NCBI GenBank assembly: GCA_964589775.1
Contig: CAZPUN010000021.1
Coordinates: forward strand, 60,001 to 92,000
Reading direction: 5' to 3'
DNA length: 32,000 nucleotides
Origin: an uncultured archaeon
GTDB lineage: Archaea; Asgardarchaeota; Thorarchaeia; Thorarchaeales; CAZPUN01
Shown here: piece by piece, positions 9,847 to 18,616 of the stretch
Numbering within the stretch: position 1 is the first letter of the stretch
How the letters are laid out: each line of letters begins with the position of its first letter
Translations under genes and position numbers: made by a program
The notes under the pieces: generated by a model
Told to the model about the DNA's origin: nothing
What the model saw: the letters and a program-made list of their open reading frames with translations, nothing else
The model's database searches: none

Positions 9847-10905
9847 TTATATATCAAAAGTAAACTCTGCAGGATCTGTTTCTTCTAAGACGTATGCAAG
9901 TAATTTTCCGGTGTTTTCAATATCTGCGAGTTTTCCAAGCTCTACGGGGCTATGCATATATCTTATTGGTATTGACAATAGGGCCGTTATTACTCCTTTT
10001 CCTGCTACTTGTATTGCCCAAGCGTCAGTTCCAGATGAACCGAATACTGGTTCGAGTTGATGATCTATTTTCTTTTCTTTGGCGATTTTTATTATTTTAT
10101 CCACGAATGGTTTGAAGAAGTTTTGTCCGATGCCAATTACGGGGCCTGCACCCAGTTTTATTTCTCCAATATCTTTTGCAGTAGTCTGATTTGATATGCC
10201 AAAGGTAACATCTAAGGCGATTCCTAAGTCGGGTTCAAGACGTTTTGCTGCTACAGTTGCGCCTCTTAGTCCAACTTCTTCTTGGGTAGTTGCAACAAAG
10301 TATACATCGGCTTTTAGTTTCTTCTTGTCAATGTTTTGTAGTGCATATAGCATTGCAGTAACACATGCTTTGTCATCTAAAGCTGGACCTGCTACGCTGC
10401 CTTTCACGCCTAACTCATCAATATGTGCGTCTATAGAAATAGGGTCTCCAATTGTAATTCCTAAATCTTCAATATCTTTTTTATCTACTGCACCAATATC
10501 TACAACAAGATCTTTAACTTTTGGTAGTTTTTCATCTTTATCAAGGTGGGGAGGTTTACCACCAATAACACCCTTTATTGGACCTTTTGAAGTATGGATA
10601 ATTACTTTTTGTGATAGTAATGCTTTTGCTGAAAAGCCTCTTGTGGTTATCATAATATCTCCAGAAGATGTAAATCCTTTTACCATCATACCAACTTGAT
10701 CAATATGTGCTGCAATCATGATTTTTTTATCCGAGCCTGTCTTTACAACGGCATACGTATTTCCCATAACATCTGAAAAAATCTCATCTGCATAATCTTT
10801 TGCTTCTGAAATAAACACTTTCCTTGCGGGTATTTCATAACCAGATACACTTGGAGCATCAATTAATCTGGTCAAAATTTCTCCTACATTGCTCATGAGA
10901 CTCAT
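9847..10905 (-). CDS. M42 family metallo-aminopeptidase (TET/FrvX-like)
   Basis: PSVSGYE, AAHIDQVG, ALDDK, TQEEVGLRGA, ALDVT, SGTDA, RYMHSPVE. Confidence 0.93.
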   Translation of the reverse strand: MSLMSNVGEILTRLIDAPSVSGYEIPARKVFISEAKDYADEIFSDVMGNTYAVVKTGSDKKIMIAAHIDQVGMMVKGFTSSGDIMITTRGFSAKALLSQKVIIHTSKGPIKGVIGGKPPHLDKDEKLPKVKDLVVDIGAVDKKDIEDLGITIGDPISIDAHIDELGVKGSVAGPALDDKACVTAMLYALQNIDKKKLKADVYFVATTQEEVGLRGATVAAKRLEPDLGIALDVTFGISNQTTAKDIGEIKLGAGPVIGIGQNFFKPFVDKIIKIAKEKKIDHQLEPVFGSSGTDAWAIQVAGKGVITALLSIPIRYMHSPVELGKLADIENTGKLLAYVLEETDPAEFTFDI

Positions 10906-10977
10906 CTCCTAGGTCAATGATATTCATAACCTACTTAATATTATTTTGATTTATACTAAAAAAAAGAAGATAAAATA

Positions 10978-12180
10978 CTATTGCATATACGTTTTAATGA
11001 TTATTGATATTATTGGAATAAGCGACGATGTAACTATTTTTAAGAGCGTGCTCGTAGTGATTGGGAATGTTTTATATGCCTTTACTTCTGAAATCATTGA
11101 ATTCAAAATTTCCATATCCTTATTCAATATCGCTTTGGTTTCCTCAACTTTTTGGCTTCGTCCCATTGCCATTAGGAGCATGTATTTTTGTTCTAACTCG
11201 TCATATACAAGTTCAAATATATCAAGGAAAGAGCGTTTCACATTTCGCATAGATTTCCATATTGTTTTTGTTGAAATTATTAAGGAAATTAAGGCAAAAA
11301 GTGTAAGTATGGATAATGCAAAATAATCTGTACCTTGCAATTTTGTATTGTTTAATATGGCATATATAACAATAACGCCGGAGAATGTGATTGTAATCCC
11401 TAGAATTGCATATGTTAATATTAGTGGTATTTTCGTGATTTCTTCTATATTTTCTCTAAACCTATGGAAGGGTTCCATGTGTTCAATTGTTTCGTGTAAT
11501 TTCTCTATGTTGGGTTTGTCGCTAGTAGCATATAGTATTTCGTTTTTCAATAACGTATTTAAATGCCATATTTTGAGATTTTCTTTCTTTATTGCTTTAT
11601 TGATCATAGTCATAATATAAATTGCTGAATAAACTGCTGCAGAACCATGAAGTATTATAAGCCCAAAGTATGTTTGGTCGAGGATAAATACAATTATGTT
11701 AAATGGAAAGTGGATCAGATATTTACCATAGAACATATAAGAATTAAGACCCAAAATTAATTGGTAATTATATATTCCATATATTGCAATTCCCATCAAA
11801 AGTCCATATTTTAAATCCTTGTAGTTAAATAAATGGGTTTTAATATCATTTCTTATAATATCAATATCTTTTTCATCTTTAATAATGCTTTTCATTATTT
11901 TGTAGTATTTACTATCTGGATCTCCATATCCAAACAAGTCAAGTGCTTTTGGAAATAATGTCTTAATTGCCAAAAGTGCGATATATACCAGAACAGTAGT
12001 TGTGATGTTTATTATGTTGAATGGGTAATCAAAGATACTATATCCTTCAATTTGCATTATTGCTCCGATAATAGTGTTTAGTATTAATATGTACAGCGTT
12101 AGAATCTTGTAGTCTAAAAATGGTGATCTTAATATAAATAATGTAGCCCCATTATCAAGGTATTTTTTAAAAGAATTCAT
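10978..12180 (-). CDS. Polytopic membrane protein of unknown function (paralog of 12391-13659)
   Basis: Several hydrophobic helices; C-terminal TFPI...LLKIVTSSLIPIIS resembles the neighbouring paralog. Confidence 0.75.
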   Translation of the reverse strand: MNSFKKYLDNGATLFILRSPFLDYKILTLYILILNTIIGAIMQIEGYSIFDYPFNIINITTTVLVYIALLAIKTLFPKALDLFGYGDPDSKYYKIMKSIIKDEKDIDIIRNDIKTHLFNYKDLKYGLLMGIAIYGIYNYQLILGLNSYMFYGKYLIHFPFNIIVFILDQTYFGLIILHGSAAVYSAIYIMTMINKAIKKENLKIWHLNTLLKNEILYATSDKPNIEKLHETIEHMEPFHRFRENIEEITKIPLILTYAILGITITFSGVIVIYAILNNTKLQGTDYFALSILTLFALISLIISTKTIWKSMRNVKRSFLDIFELVYDELEQKYMLLMAMGRSQKVEETKAILNKDMEILNSMISEVKAYKTFPITTSTLLKIVTSSLIPIISIIIKTYMQ

Positions 12181-12377
12181 TTATTTCTCCAGTCCTCCTG
12201 TTTTTCATCTGGCTCAATTAATATAGCAAGAAGTGCTCCTCCAAAGGCTGATGTGATTGCTAAGAATAACCAATCTACTTTATCCTTAAATATTAGGGGT
12301 GAAACAATATATGCAACGATAAATGCTATGAATGCCATAACGACCATGCGTAGCTGCATTATCTTGTAGCTTTTCAA
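12177..12377 (-). CDS. Small two-TM membrane protein
   Basis: TTG start with strong GGGAGGTGA SD; two hydrophobic helices; ATGA overlap with downstream gene. Confidence 0.75.
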   Translation of the reverse strand: MKSYKIMQLRMVVMAFIAFIVAYIVSPLIFKDKVDWLFLAITSAFGGALLAILIEPDEKQEDWRNK

Positions 12378-12390
12378 ATTTTCACCTCCC

Positions 12391-13659
12391 TTATCCTATT
12401 TCAATACCAAAAATCGCTTTTAATAATGTATTTGCAATTACGGATATTATGGGTAACACAGTGGCAGCTAAGACACTCATGAATTGATTCATAGAAATTG
12501 GTGAACTTGAAACTGCTGCAATTTCGTTTCCAATATTCTTGACTGTTATATAATCGTTTGTATAATCTGGGGTATCAAAATTTGTTTCAAAAACATGTGT
12601 GATAATTGTATCAAATTGATAAAATTGGATCATATCTAATATTGTATTTATTGCATCTAATGTTTCATTTTTAGCTATATTAATGATTTTCCATACACTT
12701 CCGACTGGTAATAAGAGAACTGAAAAAGCCATTATTGCAATTACGAATAGGTACATAAAATTAATTGGATTGAATATGCCTGTTAAATATCCACTATATA
12801 TCAAGAATGCTGCAACCAGAATTGAAACTGATGAGATCTTAATGGCAATGCTATATGTATATTTTGATAATGCACTAAAGCTAGCCTTAAGTTTTCTAAG
12901 GGATACACTCTCATTTTTTATTAATTCGAGTTCTTCGCTATTTACTCCTCCTTTTGCAATATCTATTGCGCGTTCTTTAAGAAGTTTGACGTAATTTGGA
13001 AATCTATACAGGGATTCATCACCTAATTTCCAGATTGAATACATGAATCTGAATAATATTGACAAAGCTGTCCAGACTAATAGATGGAACAACAGGAAAA
13101 GAACACGGTCTGTGATAATTGAAATCAGGGCAGCTGTTGGATTGTATATCGTTACTATTGTTGGATCCAGATTATACGGAACATGAAGTACAAAAAAGTT
13201 GTATGTCCAATATGAATTGATTATAATCGACATAATTGCGCCGAATATGACATTTTTACGTGTATATATTCTATTTACGGTTTCATAACGATATTTTTGA
13301 AATGTCTCATTATCTTTAAAGATGTTTTTGAGTAATATGTAACTTTTTGGATCGATTTTTCCATTTAGTCCAAACATTTTCTCAAAATTATCAATACTCG
13401 TACTTATTATCCATGCGCCAAATGGATCTGCAATGATTTGTATCATCTGTGCATAGTTTGATTTAATTGCATCATAACCCGCTGCAATATATGCCGTTGA
13501 AAATTGAACAAAAACAAATATTACGATTGCGAGAAAAGTATATTTTACACTGTACCCAAGTTTTATTTTTTTAAATATGAAATCATATTTTGTATATATT
13601 ATTTCTTTAGATAGTCCCGTATCTTTCTCTAAATTCATCAATCCATCCTCCCAATCCAT
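12391..13659 (-). CDS. Polytopic membrane protein of unknown function
   Basis: Several hydrophobic helices; C-terminal SSPI...FMSVLAATVLPIIS. Confidence 0.75.
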   Translation of the reverse strand: MDWEDGLMNLEKDTGLSKEIIYTKYDFIFKKIKLGYSVKYTFLAIVIFVFVQFSTAYIAAGYDAIKSNYAQMIQIIADPFGAWIISTSIDNFEKMFGLNGKIDPKSYILLKNIFKDNETFQKYRYETVNRIYTRKNVIFGAIMSIIINSYWTYNFFVLHVPYNLDPTIVTIYNPTAALISIITDRVLFLLFHLLVWTALSILFRFMYSIWKLGDESLYRFPNYVKLLKERAIDIAKGGVNSEELELIKNESVSLRKLKASFSALSKYTYSIAIKISSVSILVAAFLIYSGYLTGIFNPINFMYLFVIAIMAFSVLLLPVGSVWKIINIAKNETLDAINTILDMIQFYQFDTIITHVFETNFDTPDYTNDYITVKNIGNEIAAVSSSPISMNQFMSVLAATVLPIISVIANTLLKAIFGIEIG

Positions 13660-13776
13660 AAAGTATGTAAAAACCGATATTTATCATTTTTCATAAAAAA
13701 TATTAATAAATAGAAAAATTAATTTTCATGAAAAAGCTATGGGATTTGATAAGATTTGATAAAAAAGCATCAAATT

Positions 13777-14103
13777 ATGAACATAGTAATAACTCCCAAT
13801 GCTATGGAATATATTAAAAAGCATTCAAAATCGAACGAGATTATATTATGGAAGCGTTCAATTTCAGGTTGTTTTCTTGCATATGATGAATTAGTAGTTT
13901 CAATTAAAAGAGAACTTATGAATTTCAACTTTGATGAATTAATTCAAATTACCGTTTCGGGAGTTAATGTCTTCATACATCCTGATGCTTTTGAATTCAT
14001 TAAGGATATGAATGAAATAATTATTGATTTCAAGGACGACAAATTTTTCCCGAGTTTGTATGTTCTCGGTGTAGAACCAATTACGCATGAAACAACATGT
14101 TAA
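13777..14103 (+). CDS. HesB-like / CC-Se motif family small protein
   Basis: MNIVIT.NA.EYI, SGC, V.GV.VFIHP and IIID pattern of the HesB-like fold; start revised to ATG 13777. Confidence 0.55.
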   Translation: MNIVITPNAMEYIKKHSKSNEIILWKRSISGCFLAYDELVVSIKRELMNFNFDELIQITVSGVNVFIHPDAFEFIKDMNEIIIDFKDDKFFPSLYVLGVEPITHETTC

Positions 14104-14144
14104 TTTAGTATAAGTAGCAAAGTATTATTTGGTGTAAATAAAAG

Positions 14145-14894
14145 ATGAATTGTAGATTGGTTGATACACACTGTCATTTGGAAGATGATGCATTTATTAA
14201 TGATGTTGATAAAGTGATTTCAGAAGCAATATCTAAAGGCATTTGCATGATCTCTTCAGGACTCGGTGTAGAAGGTGGGAAGAGAGCATTAGAAATTGCA
14301 AAACTCTACGATGGTGTATATGCAACTATTGGATTATCGCCTCCTGACTATAAAGAAACTGATGCAACTATTGACCTGATTCGTTCTCATCATAGTGAAA
14401 TTGTTGGGGTCGGCGAAGTCGGGCTTGATTTCTGGTATCAACGTGAAGAAAGTGATAAATCTGCTCAACGAGAATCATTTCGAAAATTCATTGCGCTCGC
14501 AAAAGAACTAGATCTACCACTATCTATTCATTCTCGTTCTGCGGGGCATTATGCTATTGAAGTATTGGCTGAAGAAAAAGCTGAACGTGTTCATATGCAT
14601 GCATTTGATGGTCGTGCCAAGCATGCATTAAAAGGTGTGGAACTTGGATATTACTTTAGTATTCCTCCTTCAATTGTACGTTCTCAGCAAAAAGTCAAAT
14701 TAGCTAAAGTTGTCCCGATTGAGCAAATGTTTCTTGAAACGGATTCTCCAGTTCTCGGTCCAGAGCCAAGGGTACGAAACACACCTTTAAATGTTGAAAT
14801 TTCTATGAGAAAAATCGCAGAAATTAAAAATCTAGATGTTGAAGCTGTTGCGGAGATCACTACACAAAATGCCAAGGAATTTTATGGGCTATGA
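14145..14894 (+). CDS. tatD: TatD family metal-dependent hydrolase/DNase
   Basis: DTHCH, GEVGLD, IHSR, MHAF, LETDSP. Confidence 0.93.
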   Translation: MNCRLVDTHCHLEDDAFINDVDKVISEAISKGICMISSGLGVEGGKRALEIAKLYDGVYATIGLSPPDYKETDATIDLIRSHHSEIVGVGEVGLDFWYQREESDKSAQRESFRKFIALAKELDLPLSIHSRSAGHYAIEVLAEEKAERVHMHAFDGRAKHALKGVELGYYFSIPPSIVRSQQKVKLAKVVPIEQMFLETDSPVLGPEPRVRNTPLNVEISMRKIAEIKNLDVEAVAEITTQNAKEFYGL

Positions 14895-14904
14895 GGTGAA
14901 TTTC

Positions 14905-15567
14905 ATGGATATTCAGAAGCTAAATCAAGAATTATCGGCTATTCTTAGAAAACGAACAAGTGTTGCATCATTAGAAGAATGGCGGAAAAAATCAGCCGAA
15001 TCAGATGTTCCCTTATTTGATTATCGCTTTGATCACGTATTACGGGTTGTACGAACTGCGCATAGACTAGCTAAACTGACTGGTGCAGATGAAGAAATCG
15101 TTGTTGCTGCGGCATGGTTGCACGATATTGCAAAACCCAGTGCCGTTTATCCCGTAGAAAAGCATGCTGACAAAAGTGCAAAAATTGCTGAAGAGATACT
15201 GCGAGATATAAAATTTCCGGAAGAAAAAATTCCTGCGGTAATTGATGCGATTGAAAAACATGCAGGTCTTATTAATTATAATAAGGTAGAGCCTCTGGAA
15301 GCAGCTATTGTTTGGGATGCAGATAAGCTTGTAAAGATTGGCGCTATTGGTATCGTGCACAGTGTTATGTTACAGCCAATTCTATTTCCGGGCCAGAGCA
15401 TATTGGGTGTTATGGAGAACTTGATTAAATTTATTCCATTGGCTGAAAAAATTGTACGTTCGTTTAACACTAGTTATGCACGCAAGGCAGGAGAAGAACG
15501 TATAAAGTCATTAAAAGAATTTGCAGCATCCTTAAAGAAAGAATTGGAACTCTTTGACTTGGAATGA
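14905..15567 (+). CDS. HD domain phosphohydrolase
   Basis: DHVLRV, AAWLHDIAK, HA.KSA, DADKL; start revised to ATG 14905 with GAGGTGA SD. Confidence 0.88.
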   Translation: MDIQKLNQELSAILRKRTSVASLEEWRKKSAESDVPLFDYRFDHVLRVVRTAHRLAKLTGADEEIVVAAAWLHDIAKPSAVYPVEKHADKSAKIAEEILRDIKFPEEKIPAVIDAIEKHAGLINYNKVEPLEAAIVWDADKLVKIGAIGIVHSVMLQPILFPGQSILGVMENLIKFIPLAEKIVRSFNTSYARKAGEERIKSLKEFAASLKKELELFDLE

Positions 15568-16376
15568 TGGTAAAAATGAAGGCGGCATTGCTAACAATTG
15601 GAAATGAAATTCTTGAAGGCATAATTGTAAATACCAATTCGGCATGGCTAGCGAGGCGTTTAACTGCTCTCGGTGTCATAGTCGATATTGAATTAACTAT
15701 TCGCGATGATCTATCTGAGCAAAAATATTGGTTTAATTGGTTAAAAGATAAGCAATTTGATTTAGTCATTTCTACAGGTGGCTTAGGTCCAACTCATGAT
15801 GATATGACATTACAAGGATTTGCCGAGGCATTTAATTTAGAATTAGAGATTGATCCTAAAGCATATGAAATTGTAAAAAGGCAATATCGAAAATTCTATG
15901 AACAAGGGCTTCTCGATAGTCCTGACATGACGGAATCGCGAACAAAGATGGCTCGGATCCCTGCAGGTTCTATTCCACTTGACAATAAAGTTGGTGGAGC
16001 TCCAGGAGTTCAAATAACAATTGGTAAAACAACGTTTTTCATTCTTCCCGGAGTGCCCGGTGAGATGAAAAGTATTTTTGAAGAGTCTGTTGTACCCTGG
16101 GTAAAAGAAAATTCAGAGGGCGTCTATTATCAAAAAATAGTAGAATTTCCTACAATTGATGAGACAGGTTTTTCAAAATTCGAAAAGGTTGCAATGAAAA
16201 AAGAGCCTCGCGCATATATTAAGTCAATGCCTAAAGTTTATGGTACCGTACAAACATTACGTGTTTGGGTCTCTTCAAGACAGTCTACACTTGAAGAAGC
16301 AAAAGATGCAGTTGAAAATGCTATCAGAGCATTAGAAGAAGCATCAGGCATGAAATCCAATGAAGTTAAGGATTGA
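15564..16376 (+). CDS. cinA: CinA-like molybdopterin-binding-domain protein (COG1058 pyrophosphatase)
   Basis: IGNEILEG..VNTN, STGGLGPTHDDMT, N.VGGAPG, LPGVP.EM; no PncC domain. Confidence 0.88.
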   Translation: MMVKMKAALLTIGNEILEGIIVNTNSAWLARRLTALGVIVDIELTIRDDLSEQKYWFNWLKDKQFDLVISTGGLGPTHDDMTLQGFAEAFNLELEIDPKAYEIVKRQYRKFYEQGLLDSPDMTESRTKMARIPAGSIPLDNKVGGAPGVQITIGKTTFFILPGVPGEMKSIFEESVVPWVKENSEGVYYQKIVEFPTIDETGFSKFEKVAMKKEPRAYIKSMPKVYGTVQTLRVWVSSRQSTLEEAKDAVENAIRALEEASGMKSNEVKD

Positions 16377-16464
16377 ATTATTGCATAAGTATATGTAGAA
16401 AGTATGCTTTTTATAGCGGTAATAAATCGCCTAAACGTTCATAAAAGCATATAAAATAGAATAT

Positions 16465-16636
16465 GTACTTTGAGGACTTAGAATAGGTTACGAGTTTGAT
16501 ATTTCGCATCCAAAAGGTCCTCAAATTGGAGTGATTATCAAGATCCCTCACTGTAATATCGCGAATATATTCGTGAATGATTATCATAAGGTAGTCTATA
16601 CGCAAAATTCTCGTATCTCAATGTGGAAAGTATCAG
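16465..16636 (+). repeat. Copy A of diverged ~165-nt structured repeat (candidate ncRNA)
   Basis: Aligns by eye with 17964-18131; TTTGAGGAC/GTCCTCAAA inverted repeat; GATTATC/GGTAGTC stem. Confidence 0.75.
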
Positions 16637-17089
16637 GATCTCCATTTGTTCTTATAATAAGTATTTTTTATTGCATAAGCATAGCGTGATCGAAACCTTT
16701 TGAAGAGAATGATGTTTTTGCCGAAATGTTCATAAATGGCTGTGTACAGTTTATGAATGCAATGGGCGAAGTATATTATAAATAACAGTATCAACTTTAA
16801 GATGTCTCTGAGTTTGTTCATAGATATTAAGCAAACCTTAGGCAATGGCAGATTCTCGTATGACGAAGTGTTAGAGCCGATTCTTCAATAACAGATTCAA
16901 AAATGAAAATTTGTATGTCCCAATAGACACACAAAAGATCCATGTTAATAGAGATCTCCTGCTGCTGGTATAGTGCGTATATATGTACGAAATGGCTATA
17001 TTTCCATACATATATACTCAGAATATCCAAAGCTTATCGCAATAAGTATGCCATTAGTATCCGAATTTAATATAAAATGGTGAAATACA

Positions 17090-17836
17090 ATGATATTAGA
17101 ATTTCCAGATATGAATGACTTTATTGTCTTCATGATTGCAGTTGGATATGCTGGACTTGTAATAATTATTGGTGATTTGCTTAAGCGAAAAGCCAATTTA
17201 GATACAGGATTCACTAGAAAAATAATTCATATCTTCGCCGGTATGGCTACTTTTTCAATTCCATATTATACACATCCATGGATGGCTATTTTTGTCGCAT
17301 TGATCTTCGTAATAATTCTTGGATTAGCCAATTCAAATCGTTTTTCGTCTGCGTTTTCAGCTATGGCTCGACCTGAAGAAATTGAGCAAGGCTTACTAAA
17401 AGGTCCTTTCATTTATTCGATTTCGATTACGCTGTTAGTTTCAATCTTTACATTGCTCGATAAAACTCAATATTATTTTCTTGCTGCAATTCCGCTTCAA
17501 ATTATGTATTTTGGTGACGGTCTTGCTGCTCCAATTGGAATAAAATATGGCAAACATGAATGGATCATTAATGGTTCAAAGCGAACGCTTGAAGGCACAA
17601 TGGGTTTAATTTTATTTGGATTTATTGGTGCAATATTTGCTGGCTGGTTCTTCGGAATTTATAATTATGGAATCCTCACGTGGCAATTATTATTCTTCTA
17701 TTCGATAATTGCGATCATAGTTGCTGCAATTCTTGAGTTTATTTCTCCAAAGGGTCTAGATAATTTTGTTCTCCCAATTGGAACATGTGTTGTCCTAGTT
17801 TTTATTGCAATCTTAAATGGATTGTTAATAATTTAG
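17090..17836 (+). CDS. SEC59/DGK1/VTE5 family CTP-dependent polyprenol (phytol/dolichol) kinase
   Basis: TRKIIHI, GPFIY, GDGLAAPIG.KYG, KRTLEG, LE..SPKGLDN; multi-TM; GGTGA SD. Confidence 0.88.
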   Translation: MILEFPDMNDFIVFMIAVGYAGLVIIIGDLLKRKANLDTGFTRKIIHIFAGMATFSIPYYTHPWMAIFVALIFVIILGLANSNRFSSAFSAMARPEEIEQGLLKGPFIYSISITLLVSIFTLLDKTQYYFLAAIPLQIMYFGDGLAAPIGIKYGKHEWIINGSKRTLEGTMGLILFGFIGAIFAGWFFGIYNYGILTWQLLFFYSIIAIIVAAILEFISPKGLDNFVLPIGTCVVLVFIAILNGLLII

Positions 17837-17923
17837 TGAATCTCCTTATTTTTCTTTATTTTTACTTTTTTGAAATAAGATGGCTACAAGGAACTTGTTG
17901 TTTTGTAGGTTGCAATAAATTAT

Positions 17924-17940
17924 CAAAAAGTTAATAAAAG
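17924..17940 (+). promoter_or_regulatory. Candidate BRE-TATA promoter for repeat copy B
   Basis: CAAAAAG-TTAATAAA about 25 nt upstream of the start of the structured element. Confidence 0.4.
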
Positions 17941-17963
17941 TCTGAACTTATCAAATAAATTAA

Positions 17964-18187
17964 GTAATTTGAGGATTTAGAATGGGTTGCGAATCTATTC
18001 GCATCCAAAAAGGTCCTCAAATTGAAGCGATTCACAAGCTCCCTCATTGGGGTGCCGCGAGTATATGTGCGAAATGGCTATCTCAAGGTAGCCTATACGC
18101 ACACTCGTATCTCGATGTGGGGGTTTGTCAGAGAACATAGAATTCCTATGTGAGGTGTATGTTGGTAGGCTTACGCGTTGCATTTTT
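17964..18187 (+). ncRNA. Copy B, candidate multi-hairpin ncRNA of unknown family
   Basis: Hairpin 17966-18023, ~95-nt hairpin 18034-18128, ACATAG/CTATGT hairpin, T-run at 18183-18187; G-U pairs favour the + strand. Confidence 0.55.
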
Positions 18188-18223
18188 ATAGTAGTTCTTT
18201 CAATATTTTTAATATAAACGAAA

Positions 18224-18526
18224 ATGGTGAGTAACATGATTATTCTTGAATACGAAGGATCTCAATTCCATGAAGTGAATCAAGCAAATTCAAATAAAAT
18301 TACTCTTACAATTGATGAAGCTGCAAAGAAAATGATTCTCTATGTCCCACATGGGGCATCAATGATTCAGCGTCGTGCAGCCGAGCGACAAGCACGTGGT
18401 TTTGTCAAAACCGGTTATCATCCATCCAGTGGTGGACGCGTAGGAATTGGGTTCGAATTCGTAGTGGAGGGCGAAGGTGGTAATCTGCCCGACATTCTTA
18501 CAAAGAGTCCAAGAGAAGTTTACTAA
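18224..18526 (+). CDS. Small Asgard protein, probably a single gelsolin/cofilin-like domain (ProGel-like)
   Basis: Pattern L.IDE..KKMILYVP.GASMIQRRAA.RQA.....V..EG resembles the gelsolin core (strands, long helix, EG); GGTGA SD suggests start at ATG 18237; recognised from memory only. Confidence 0.5.
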   Translation: MVSNMIILEYEGSQFHEVNQANSNKITLTIDEAAKKMILYVPHGASMIQRRAAERQARGFVKTGYHPSSGGRVGIGFEFVVEGEGGNLPDILTKSPREVY

Positions 18527-18529
18527 TTT

Positions 18530-18545
18530 GGGGGACTAACCCCCC
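18530..18545 (+). terminator. Short GC hairpin after the small gene
   Basis: GGGGG-ACTAA-CCCCC followed by a T-rich tract. Confidence 0.45.
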
Positions 18546-18616
18546 GTTTAATTGTTTTATTGCTTATTTTTTATCATGACGAAAGTAATATATTGTGTTT
18601 TTGTTTGCTAATACAT

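Noticed and set aside
13777-14103. HesB-like selenoprotein
   Set aside because: The motif has a Cys codon (TGT), no in-frame TGA, and the stop is TAA
16411-17214. Short minus-strand ORFs (64-72 aa) in the large gap, and 17995-18237
   Set aside because: No motifs; the reading frame is not conserved between repeat copies A and B (frameshifting indels)
16465-18131. DGR template/variable repeat pair
   Set aside because: Differences are not confined to adenines, indels are present, neither copy lies in a CDS, and no reverse transcriptase is in the window
17964-18140. H/ACA guide RNA or SECIS element
   Set aside because: ACA trinucleotides in B are not conserved in A; no clear K-turn or AUGA/GA quartet shared by the copies; no in-frame TGA gene seen nearby
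16378-18187. CRISPR array
   Set aside because: No identical 25-45-nt repeats with regular spacers; no cas genes
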